A stretch of 64,000 bases of DNA from an uncultured Caulobacterales bacterium (GTDB lineage Bacteria; Pseudomonadota; Alphaproteobacteria; Caulobacterales; CAYPOX01). The number at the start of each line of letters is the position of its first letter. Within the stretch, counting starts at the first letter, position 1. Of the stretch, positions 26,458-34,968 are shown piece after piece. The stretch spans positions 11,356 through 75,355 of the forward strand of contig CAYPOX010000001.1 in NCBI GenBank assembly GCA_964412525.1. The letters run 5' to 3'. The position numbers and the translations under genes were made by a program. Under the pieces are notes generated by a model, which made no database searches, was not told the DNA's origin, and saw only the letters and a program-made list of their open reading frames with translations.

Positions 26458-28161
26458 TTACGCGCCGCGGCGGCCTAGGCGCACCAATTCATCCCGAAGG
26501 CGCGGAAACACGGCGTCCCAATCGCCCAGTCGGTCGGGATGCAAAACGGTATTCTTCGTGCCGTAGAATGGGATGGAATCGGCTTTACCGAGCATTGTCC
26601 AAATCTTAAGTGCGCTGACCCAAATTGTCGGCGTCCCGACGGCCGCGCTCAATGCGCCGGCGGCGGTGTTGGCGCTCGCGACCAAGTCTAGCGACGCGCA
26701 CAGCGCCGCATTGTTATCGATATCGTTCTTCAGATCGATCTCGCTCGAAAAATCGACGATATGAAATCCGCGTTCGCGCGCGGCCACCAATTCCGCCCGG
26801 CAATCATCATATTGAAGACTGACAAATGTCGCGTCGATGTCTTTGAGAGCGTCCGCCCATGTCCCAATGGACGCATAGTGGAAGTTTCGTTTGACGCTTC
26901 GCATGCCGCTTCGCCAACAGATCCCCACATAGGGTCCGGGCCCAACCTCTTTCAGCCGCGCGGACCAACGCTCCTTTTGGGCGGCGTCGACGACCAAACG
27001 GCGGGGTTCCGCGGGGAATGCGTCAACGCTCGGGCGCAATAAGGGTAGAAACGCACCAATGAAGGCGTGGACGTCTGGGGGCGGCAGCGTTCCATCCGGG
27101 TCGTCCGGCGACAACAGAACCACCGTGCCGCGTTTCGCGACGTGACGTGGACGTACGGCGACGTCTGGAAAGGTTCGCGCAAAAAGTGACGCCAGCCGAG
27201 GTTCGCAAATCAACACCAAGGACTTACATTTCGTTTTCAGGTCTTCGATAATCGGATAAAATAATATTTCGTCTCCAAGACCTTGCTCGGTGTAAACGTA
27301 AAGCGTCTTGTCGGAGAGATCTGTTTCGACCGTCCACTCGTCGCCAGCATCGACCAATTCCATGCCAAAAGAATAGCTGCGATTCAAACGAGAATGCAGA
27401 TATGCGGGCCACCCGCGTTCCAAATCGCCAAATCCAAGAAAACATAGGCCGGCGGTGAAGCAGACGTTATGCATGTCGTCTATGGACATCCCGCCAAGTT
27501 TCATGGCCTCGACGGCGTGAGTCGACGCGTCCTTAAATTGCGCAAGCCGAAACAGGCCATCCGCATACAGGTAACGAAAAGGACCGGCGGTCGGGTGCTC
27601 CGCCATCGCCTCTTGGGATGCGGCGAGACCCGTTTCGAGATCGCCAAGATAGTAATTGATGACGATATTCATGCGCTTCGCCACCACATTCTGCGGATGG
27701 CTTTCACGCACTTCACGAATGAGGTCTCGGGCAGCCGCATATTGATGGGCTTCGACCAGCGCGGTCGCGTAGTTGAGGCGATGTTCCGCCTTGTCCGGGT
27801 CAAGTGCGATCGATTGACGAAATGGGCGATGCATTTCGTCGTATTTTTTACATTCCTGAAAAAAGGTTCCGTACAAACCAAAGGCGTACGCCTTGTCCGG
27901 CGCCAGTTCGATCAATCTCTCAAAGCTGGTCCGGGCTTCTTTCGCCCGGCCTGTGTAAAAAAATGAGTTCGCAAGCAGCGCCACAAGGTCCGCATCGTGG
28001 GCGTACTTCACCAAATATGTTGTGAGGAACTTGCTGACGTCTTCAAGGCGGTTGTCCTCATAAGCGTCGACGGCCTCCGCGTAAGCCCTATGGTACTCCT
28101 TGTCAGGATGCGGATTGACGCCGGAAAAATATCTCTCTTTGAGGAGTTCTGCGGCGCGCAT
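26458..28161 (-). CDS. TPR-repeat protein with a C-terminal GT9-like (GT-B) glycosyltransferase domain
   Basis: The N-terminal half holds TPR-type helices. The C-terminal half has YTEQGLGDEILFYPIIEDLKTKCKSLVLICEPRLASLFARTFPDV and ...LVASANTAAGALSAAVGTPT, which resemble heptosyltransferase-family motifs. The gene is visibly lower in GC than its flanks. Confidence 0.6.
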   Translation of the reverse strand: MRAAELLKERYFSGVNPHPDKEYHRAYAEAVDAYEDNRLEDVSKFLTTYLVKYAHDADLVALLANSFFYTGRAKEARTSFERLIELAPDKAYAFGLYGTFFQECKKYDEMHRPFRQSIALDPDKAEHRLNYATALVEAHQYAAARDLIREVRESHPQNVVAKRMNIVINYYLGDLETGLAASQEAMAEHPTAGPFRYLYADGLFRLAQFKDASTHAVEAMKLGGMSIDDMHNVCFTAGLCFLGFGDLERGWPAYLHSRLNRSYSFGMELVDAGDEWTVETDLSDKTLYVYTEQGLGDEILFYPIIEDLKTKCKSLVLICEPRLASLFARTFPDVAVRPRHVAKRGTVVLLSPDDPDGTLPPPDVHAFIGAFLPLLRPSVDAFPAEPRRLVVDAAQKERWSARLKEVGPGPYVGICWRSGMRSVKRNFHYASIGTWADALKDIDATFVSLQYDDCRAELVAARERGFHIVDFSSEIDLKNDIDNNAALCASLDLVASANTAAGALSAAVGTPTIWVSALKIWTMLGKADSIPFYGTKNTVLHPDRLGDWDAVFPRLRDELVRLGRRGA

Positions 28162-28285
28162 GGCGGAATTGACTCATTGCGGGGACAGGCTTGGCTAACT
28201 ATCGCTCGGGTGTTCAAGCAGGTTTAACGACTCGTAAGGATCCAAGGCAGGCGCGCCGCTTCGGTTCGCCCCAGAGGAGCCCGAG

Positions 28286-31200
28286 ATGAACAGGTCCACC
28301 AATCAGAACCCGATCGTTGACCGCAGCGCTTTAAGGCTCGCCGCCGCGGCTTCGGAAAACGAGGTGCTGAAGGAGGCCCGCGACCGTGCGGCCGTCTCTG
28401 CTGCTCAAGCCTCACGCGACTCCGTACTTGCCCGTCGTCTTGCGGAAATGCTTCGGCGGACCGGCGCAAAGCGCAGCATGGCGGAGAGCTTTCTCCACAC
28501 CTACAATTTGTCGACCGAGGAAGGCGTCATTTTGATGTGTCTCGCGGAGGCGTTGCTCCGCATTCCCGATGCGCGCACCGCCGATCAGCTCATTGAGGAT
28601 AAGCTCGGCGCTGGAGATTGGTCGGTCCCGATGCAGAGGACGTCCGGCTTCGTGACCACGGCGTCTTCTTGGGCGTTGATCATGACCGGACGATTGCTGT
28701 CCAAAAGCGAGGAAAAGCGCACCTTCGCGCCGGATCAAATCCTGAAGGCCGTGGTGGCGCGCTTGGGCGAGCCCGTCGCCCGCCAGGCGCTGCGCAGCGC
28801 AATGGAGGTGCTGGCGCGCCAATTCGTCCTCGGCGAGACGATCGCGCGGGCGGCTCAACGGGCGCAGCCGGACGATGTACGGGGCGGGCGTTTCTCCTTT
28901 GACTTGTTGGGCGATGCGGCGCGCACGGAACGCGACGCGCGCCGGTATTTCGCCGCCTATCAAGGCGCACTGCAGACCGTGGCCCAACAGATCAAGCCGG
29001 ACCAAGCCATGGAGGCGCGCGCGTCCGTCTCGATCAAATTGTCGGCTCTTCATCCGCGTTTCGAATTCGCTCAAAGCGATCGCGTGCGGACGGAATTGGC
29101 GGAGCGCGCGATCGCCTTGGCGCGCGAAGCGCGGACGCTTGGCGTTCCGATCACGATCGACGCGGAGGAAACCGATCGCCTGGAGCCCATGCTGGATGTG
29201 GTCGAGCGCCTCGGGCTTGACGACGAGTTGCGCGATTGGAACGGGCTAGGGCTCGCCTTGCAGGCCTATCAAAAACGGGTGCTGGCCTGTGTGGACTGGA
29301 CGCGCGACCTCGCGGAGCGGCGTGGCGCCCGCATGATGGCGCGTCTCGTCAAAGGCGCTTATTGGGACACGGAAATCAAACGCGCGCAGGTCTTCGGCCT
29401 TGAGGACTATCCGGTGTTCACGCGCAAACGAAACACAGATCTTGGCTATCTCGCGGCGGCGAAGGCGATGCTGGATGCGGGAGACGCGATCTTCTCCGCA
29501 TTCGCGACGCATAATGCGTTCACGATCGCGGCAGTCCTCGGTTATGCGGACGACCGCGACGATTTCGAGTTTCAGCGCTTGCACGGCATGGGCGAGGCCC
29601 TCTACGCCGCGGCTGATGAAGCGGGCGTCGGCGTTCCGCACCGCGTCTACGCTCCCGTGGGCGCGCACAAAGATCTGCTGGCCTATTTGGTGCGGCGGCT
29701 CTTGGAGAATGGCGCCAACACCTCGTTCGTGCACCTGATCGCCGAGGAAACGACCTCCATCGAAGAACTGATCGCCGATCCACGTGCGGATGATGTCGCG
29801 CTGGACGGTCCCCACCCGAACCTCATTCGTCCGCGCGCCGTGTTCGGACCCGAAAGGCGCGACTTTCATGGTGTGGATTTGGCGGAGCCGCACGAGGTCG
29901 AACCGCTGCTCGCCGCCATGGCGGCGGTCGACGCCCCGGAGACCGCCTGCTCCATCGTTCAGGGACGTCTCTCCAAGACGGGCCCGACGGCGTCGATCGT
30001 CAATCCGGCGACTGGGCTCGCCATCGGCGAGGCGGTTCTTGCGACGGAGGCCATAGTGGAGACCGCGGTCGAACACGCGGCGGCGGCCTTTTCGGCGTGG
30101 AACGCCCAGGGCGGAGAAAAACGCGCGGCGATCCTCGAGAAGGCCGCTGACCTGCTGGAGCGCCGCATGGCCGACTTCATGGCGCTCGCCGTGCGGGAGG
30201 CGGGCAAGACCGTTCCCGACGCGCTGGCCGAGGTTCGTGAGGCGGTGGATTTCCTACGTTACTACGCCCTTGAGGCCCGACGCCGATTCACCGACTCGAC
30301 TCCCCTGGCCGGTCCGACGGGGGAGCGAAACGAACTGTTGCTGGAGGGACGCGGGGTTTTCGGCTGCATCAGCCCATGGAACTTTCCGTTGGCCATCTTC
30401 ATCGGCCAAGTCTCTGCGGCGTTGGCGGCCGGGAACAGCGTCGTCGCCAAACCCGCGGAGCAGACGCCGATGATCGCCATGGCGGCGGTCAAACTCCTGC
30501 ACGAGGCCGGCGTGCCTGGCGACGTTTTGCATTTGGTCTTGGGCGACGGCCCGACGGTCGGCGCGCCTTTGACGGCGGCGCGGCGGCTGAGCGGGGTCGC
30601 GTTCACGGGATCCACGGATACGGCGAAAGCGATCTATCGCGCTTTGGCGATGAAGGACGGCCCAATACCAAGCCTCATTGCTGAAACGGGGGGCGCGAAT
30701 GCGATGATCGTCGACTCGTCCGCCTTGCCGGAACAGGTCGCACGTGACGTCTTGGCGTCGGCCTTTCAATCGGCGGGGCAACGGTGCTCGGCGCTTCGGA
30801 TCCTGTTTTTGCAGCAAGAGGTCGCGGACGAGATATTGGAGATGATCGCCGGCGCGGCGGCGGAACTTCGAATCGGCGATCCGGGTCGTTTGTCCACGGA
30901 TGTGGGCCCGGTGATCGATCCCGAGGCGCAGGCCTTGCTCGAGGCCCACGCCGCCGACATGACCGCGCACGCCCGTTTGGCGTTCCAAGCCGAACTCGGC
31001 GACGCGGATCCGAACGGCTATTTCGTGGCCCCGCGGATCTTCGAGCTAAAGCCGAGCGATTCATTACCGGAAGAAAAATTCGGCCCAATCCTGCATGTGG
31101 TCCGCTATGACGCGCGGCGGCTCGATGCGGTCATCGATCAAATCAACGCCACCGAATTCGGATTGACCCTCGGCGTGCACAGCCGAGTCGACGCGGTCAC

Positions 31201-31420
31201 CCGTCACATCGCGGCCCGCGCGAAGGTTGGGAACGTCTATGTCAACCGCAATCAGATCGGAGCGGTGGTTGGGTCGCAACCCTTTGGCGGGCGGGGGTTG
31301 TCCGGGACGGGACCGAAAGCGGGCGGGCCGAATTACCTGCCGCGTTTCGCCGCCGAGAAAGCAATCTGCACCGACACGACGGCGGCCGGGGGCAACGCCT
31401 CGCTGATGACGATGGGCTAA
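28286..31420 (+). CDS. putA: Bifunctional proline dehydrogenase / L-glutamate-gamma-semialdehyde dehydrogenase PutA
   Basis: At 1044 aa it has the PRODH barrel region (LVKGAYWD, FATHNA) and an aldehyde dehydrogenase half (FTGSTDTAK, ETGGANAMIVD, GQRCSALR). Confidence 0.93.
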   Translation: MNRSTNQNPIVDRSALRLAAAASENEVLKEARDRAAVSAAQASRDSVLARRLAEMLRRTGAKRSMAESFLHTYNLSTEEGVILMCLAEALLRIPDARTADQLIEDKLGAGDWSVPMQRTSGFVTTASSWALIMTGRLLSKSEEKRTFAPDQILKAVVARLGEPVARQALRSAMEVLARQFVLGETIARAAQRAQPDDVRGGRFSFDLLGDAARTERDARRYFAAYQGALQTVAQQIKPDQAMEARASVSIKLSALHPRFEFAQSDRVRTELAERAIALAREARTLGVPITIDAEETDRLEPMLDVVERLGLDDELRDWNGLGLALQAYQKRVLACVDWTRDLAERRGARMMARLVKGAYWDTEIKRAQVFGLEDYPVFTRKRNTDLGYLAAAKAMLDAGDAIFSAFATHNAFTIAAVLGYADDRDDFEFQRLHGMGEALYAAADEAGVGVPHRVYAPVGAHKDLLAYLVRRLLENGANTSFVHLIAEETTSIEELIADPRADDVALDGPHPNLIRPRAVFGPERRDFHGVDLAEPHEVEPLLAAMAAVDAPETACSIVQGRLSKTGPTASIVNPATGLAIGEAVLATEAIVETAVEHAAAAFSAWNAQGGEKRAAILEKAADLLERRMADFMALAVREAGKTVPDALAEVREAVDFLRYYALEARRRFTDSTPLAGPTGERNELLLEGRGVFGCISPWNFPLAIFIGQVSAALAAGNSVVAKPAEQTPMIAMAAVKLLHEAGVPGDVLHLVLGDGPTVGAPLTAARRLSGVAFTGSTDTAKAIYRALAMKDGPIPSLIAETGGANAMIVDSSALPEQVARDVLASAFQSAGQRCSALRILFLQQEVADEILEMIAGAAAELRIGDPGRLSTDVGPVIDPEAQALLEAHAADMTAHARLAFQAELGDADPNGYFVAPRIFELKPSDSLPEEKFGPILHVVRYDARRLDAVIDQINATEFGLTLGVHSRVDAVTRHIAARAKVGNVYVNRNQIGAVVGSQPFGGRGLSGTGPKAGGPNYLPRFAAEKAICTDTTAAGGNASLMTMG

Positions 31421-32292
31421 CCCGCAAGTCGGTCGAAGAACTGCAGGATCGCGGCACGCGCTTCGGGCTCATCGAGCGTCGGCGCATGGCCGACCCGCGG
31501 CAGAACGACCGCCTCGACCGTGTCGGTCTCCAACATCCTTTCGAGCGTGTCTTGGGACAGTATGTCGGACAGCCCGCCGCGCACGACCAGCACCGGTTTT
31601 TGAGCTAAGACGGCGAAGGGATCCCAGAGGTCCGGGGCCGCCTCGCTTTGCGCTTCACGAACCACGTCGCCGATCGTCGGATCATAGGCGGGCGTGGGTT
31701 TGCCGTCCTTGTCGAAAAAGAGCCGGTGCGCCAGCCGGCTCCAGTCCGAGTCGCTGAAATCCGGATAGGCGACGCCGTTGAGGTCCTTCGCCGCCTGGAT
31801 CGCATCCGCCCAGCTTTCCATCGAGGCGACGCGCCGACCCACGTCCCCGGCGATTCGTTCGACCCCGAGGGGATCAATGGCGGCGCCGATGTCATTGAGC
31901 ACACAGCCTGACCAAATCCCCGGGCGCATCGCTGCGGCGATCATCGCCACGATGCCGCCAAGCGACGTGCCGACAGGCGCGATCGGTCCGATGTCGAGCG
32001 AATCGACCAGCCCGAGAACGTCTGAAACATAGGTCGCGGGCGTGTAGCGATCCGGGATCGGATCCCAGTCCGATCGACCGCGACCGCGAAAGTCCAAAGA
32101 CAGCGCCGGCCGCCCTTGCCCTGCCAAGGCAGGGGCCAAGTCTTCGAAATCGCGCGCATTGCGGGTCAGCCCAGGCAGGAAAAGCGCCGCCGGCCGACGG
32201 ACGCCGCCGTCATAATACCGGTAACGCAGCGTCAAGCCGTCGGTCGTGCGGTGTTCGCGCCATTGGAATGCTGTCGCGCGATCTGAACTCAC
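31417..32292 (-). CDS. Alpha/beta-fold hydrolase
   Basis: It has FLPGLTRNARDFEDL and the nucleophile elbow VGTSLGG, with His near the C-terminus (VGHAP). Confidence 0.75.
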   Translation of the reverse strand: MSSDRATAFQWREHRTTDGLTLRYRYYDGGVRRPAALFLPGLTRNARDFEDLAPALAGQGRPALSLDFRGRGRSDWDPIPDRYTPATYVSDVLGLVDSLDIGPIAPVGTSLGGIVAMIAAAMRPGIWSGCVLNDIGAAIDPLGVERIAGDVGRRVASMESWADAIQAAKDLNGVAYPDFSDSDWSRLAHRLFFDKDGKPTPAYDPTIGDVVREAQSEAAPDLWDPFAVLAQKPVLVVRGGLSDILSQDTLERMLETDTVEAVVLPRVGHAPTLDEPEARAAILQFFDRLAG

Positions 32293-32951
32293 GCTGAGCG
32301 CTCCACCCGGATCGTTCGTCCAATATTCTCAAGCGTCATCCGATAACCGCCCATAAAATTTCGTTTGATGGTCACATCGAACGGAGCGTCCCCCGGATAG
32401 ACCTTGTCGCCCCCATTCTGCCGCCAAACCTGGTCGTTATCTAGGGTGACGACCACATGTCCGTAGGCGTCTCGTCGATAGGCGGTCACGGTGGCCGTCA
32501 AGCGATCCGCGCGTTCCGATTCTTCGGTGCGGCGCCGGTTTTCGCGAATATCTTCCGCGCCAAATTCGTCCTCGCGATCCGTGTCCGCTTCCGAGTCGTC
32601 GGCTTTGGTTTCCGCCTCGTCAGATCTCGCCTCTGATTCGTCGGGTCCGCTCGCCGCTTCAGCGCCATCGCTCGGCGGCGGAGAGGCGTTCGCGGCAATG
32701 CGCGGCGGTTGGCCGAGCGGCGCCGACCAAGTCGCGTCTTCTCCCATGGCGTCGGCGACCGCGCGCGCGGCGGCGTCGAAACAGGCGAGTCGCGGCCCGG
32801 CGGTCTGGAGCGATCCGCATGCGACAAGGTCGTCCAACAGCGCTTTCGGCACGGATGCGCGGCGCGCGTCTTGGGCGTTGACGGAAAACGACACGCCAGC
32901 TGCGAATAAAATAAAAACAAATTTTGAGAAAATTTTAGACAGAAATTGCAC
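32289..32951 (-). CDS. Hypothetical secreted protein with an acidic low-complexity centre
   Basis: GGAGG lies 4 nt before the GTG at 32951. The signal peptide is FLSKIFSKFVFILFAAGVSFSVNAQ. The middle is DE-rich (SDEAETKADDSEADTDREDEFGAED). The 632-aa track ORF is an upstream run-on antisense to the next gene. Confidence 0.5.
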   Translation of the reverse strand: MQFLSKIFSKFVFILFAAGVSFSVNAQDARRASVPKALLDDLVACGSLQTAGPRLACFDAAARAVADAMGEDATWSAPLGQPPRIAANASPPPSDGAEAASGPDESEARSDEAETKADDSEADTDREDEFGAEDIRENRRRTEESERADRLTATVTAYRRDAYGHVVVTLDNDQVWRQNGGDKVYPGDAPFDVTIKRNFMGGYRMTLENIGRTIRVERSA

Positions 32952-32976
32952 GCGACCTCCCCGAACTTCACAATCG

Positions 32977-33044
32977 CTTGATTTGCAAGCCTTTCGCATA
33001 ATATACAAGAGGTTAAGGAACTTGTGCGGCGCCTGCAAATCAAG
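32977..33044. promoter_or_regulatory. 11-bp perfect inverted repeat CTTGATTTGCA / TGCAAATCAAG flanking an AT-rich divergent promoter region
   Basis: The arms are at 32977-32987 and 33034-33044, separated by 46 bp. Confidence 0.4.
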
Positions 33045-33086
33045 GATGCGTGTCGGAACCATAAACAAATGCAGATAGGGCGGGTT

Positions 33087-34715
33087 ATGGCGGGAATTTC
33101 GATGCGCGTGATGGCGCTGTTTTCGGTAATCATGTTGGTGTGCGCGCCTTTGGACGCGGCGGCAGACGTTTTGCGCCGCGGCAACGAAGCGGAGCCAGGC
33201 ACTCTCGATCCGCAATTGGCGACCGCCGTTCGCGAAGCACGCATTTTGGGCGATATGTATGTCGGCTTGATGACAGAGGATGCGCGCGGCGAAGCGATTT
33301 ACGGGGCCGCCGCCAGCCATGAACTGTCGCGCGACCGAACCGAGTACACCTTCACGCTTCGCGACGACGGACGCTGGTCCGACGGGGAGCCAGTCACGGC
33401 GCAAGACTTTGTTCTCGCCTTTCGCCGCCTGATGTCGCCCGCCTTCAACGCGCCCTACGCCAGTCTTGGCGACGTGATTCGCAACGGACGTGCGGTCCGC
33501 AACGGCGATCTGCCGGTGGAGGAGCTTGGCGTCCGCGCCACAGCAGACGACACCTTGGTCGTCGCGCTGGAACAGCCGGCGGCCTATCTGCTCGAACTTC
33601 TCACCAATCCGGCCTTTTTTCCGCTTCCCGCCCATGTGGTCGCCGAACGCGACACGCCGATGGAGCCGGAACCGGGCAACGTGTCGAACGGACCGTTCGT
33701 TTTGGCGTCGTGGGATCGCAACGACCGCGTGGTCTTGGAAAAGAACCCGGAGTTTTTTGACGCTGACGCCGTGACCTTGGACGCCGTCGAATATGTCGTC
33801 ACGCAAAATGTCGGCGACGCATTCAATCGCTTTAAGGGCGGCGATTTGGACGTGAATGTCGGCTATCCGGTCAATCAAGCGGAGTGGCTGGACGACGAGT
33901 TGCCGGGCGCGCGACGCACCTCGCCGTCGCTGACGCTCACCTATGTGGCGTTCAATACGCGGCGTCCGCCTTTCGACGATGCGCGGGTGCGCAACGCCGT
34001 ATCGCTGATGATCGATCGTGAAACCCTGGTGACCAACATCCTCCAGGGCGACGCGGCCGCCGCGTGGACCGTCGTGCCCCCCGGCGTCGCCGGCTATCAG
34101 AACTTGCCCGATCCGCCCCAAGCCGATTGGAGCGACGCCCAGCGCGGAGAAGAGGCTCGGCGCCTTTTGAGCGAAGCGGGCTATCAAATCGGCGAGGTCG
34201 GCGCGAGCCTACTCACATTCAACCTTCGTCACATCATCGCCGGCGACGATCGGCGACGCGCCATGGCCTTGCGCGCCATGTGGCGGGCGAATTCGCACTC
34301 TGTGGCGCGCCCGCGATTGGAAGGCGGCGACGTCTCCGAGCACTACGCCCGGGTCGGCGAGGGCGATTTCGACGCGGCGGTCGCCCGCTGGCTGGCGGAT
34401 TACAACGAAGCGTCGAGCTTCCTGTTTCTTTTCCGCGCAGAGGCGGGGCAACTGAATTTCAGCGGCTATGACAGCCCCGCCTATGAGCAGGCGATGTCCG
34501 CCGCCGACGCCGCGGCCGACGTGGAGGCGCGCGCGGCGCTGCTTGCGGAGGCGGAACGCATCGTGCTTCTCGACGCGCCGATTGCGCCCCTGTCTTTTAA
34601 CAAAAGACGGGCTTTGGTGGGCGCGCATGTGGATGGATGGGTCGACAACGTCAAAGGCATCCAGCGGTCCCGTTGGCTGTCTTTGCAGCCGCGTTTGGCC
34701 GCCGGCGGCGAGTGA
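33087..34715 (+). CDS. ABC transporter substrate-binding protein, peptide/nickel (family 5) type
   Basis: It has a signal peptide (MRVMALFSVIMLVCAPLDAAA) and GNEAEPGTLDPQLAT...ILGDMYVGLM, typical of OppA/DppA-family binding proteins. The start is uncertain: 33069 or 33087. Confidence 0.8.
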   Translation: MAGISMRVMALFSVIMLVCAPLDAAADVLRRGNEAEPGTLDPQLATAVREARILGDMYVGLMTEDARGEAIYGAAASHELSRDRTEYTFTLRDDGRWSDGEPVTAQDFVLAFRRLMSPAFNAPYASLGDVIRNGRAVRNGDLPVEELGVRATADDTLVVALEQPAAYLLELLTNPAFFPLPAHVVAERDTPMEPEPGNVSNGPFVLASWDRNDRVVLEKNPEFFDADAVTLDAVEYVVTQNVGDAFNRFKGGDLDVNVGYPVNQAEWLDDELPGARRTSPSLTLTYVAFNTRRPPFDDARVRNAVSLMIDRETLVTNILQGDAAAAWTVVPPGVAGYQNLPDPPQADWSDAQRGEEARRLLSEAGYQIGEVGASLLTFNLRHIIAGDDRRRAMALRAMWRANSHSVARPRLEGGDVSEHYARVGEGDFDAAVARWLADYNEASSFLFLFRAEAGQLNFSGYDSPAYEQAMSAADAAADVEARAALLAEAERIVLLDAPIAPLSFNKRRALVGAHVDGWVDNVKGIQRSRWLSLQPRLAAGGE

Positions 34716-34871
34716 CGTCGCGCTCCGTGCGGGCGGAAATTGCGGCTTTTTCGCAACACCAAATTCGTTTCGCGTTCGTCAAAAAATTGTGACGGATTGA
34801 CGGCGATTTTGCGGCGAACCTAAGCTTGGCCCCGATAAGTCGTCTTGCGCTCGAAAAAGACGGCGAGTCGT

Positions 34872-34966
34872 GAAGGGGTCACATCGCCGCCAACCCATGC
34901 GTCACCAGGTGGACGCGTGGGTTGTCATGCGCCCCTTCGTGCAAATGGTCATTGAAGGGGGTCACA
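34872..34966 (+). promoter_or_regulatory. Structured leader of the TonB-dependent receptor gene, with a possible SD-sequestering switch
   Basis: There is a 12-bp hairpin at 34892-34903/34912-34923. CCCCTTC (34932-34938) is complementary to both GAAGGGG copies, at 34872-34878 and at 34954-34960. The second copy is the Shine-Dalgarno sequence for the ATG at 34969. Confidence 0.4.
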
Positions 34967-34968
34967 AC

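Noticed and set aside
32952-34187. The upstream 412 codons of the 632-aa track ORF at 32289-34187
   Set aside because: It is antisense to the ABC binding-protein gene. A GGAGG-GTG start at 32951 followed by a clean signal peptide defines a 220-aa product.
34716-34968. A cobalamin or other known riboswitch upstream of the TonB-dependent receptor
   Set aside because: I could not find a B12-box-like core or any other riboswitch consensus I know. Only generic hairpins and an anti-SD arrangement are present, and those are reported separately as an unknown leader structure.
34870-34968. The upstream in-frame start (GTG 34870) giving a 33-aa extension on the receptor
   Set aside because: The extension (MKGSHRRQPMRHQVDAWVVMRPFVQMVIEGGHN) precedes rather than contains the signal peptide. 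The ATG at 34969 has a GAAGGGGG Shine-Dalgarno sequence and is followed by a typical signal sequence.
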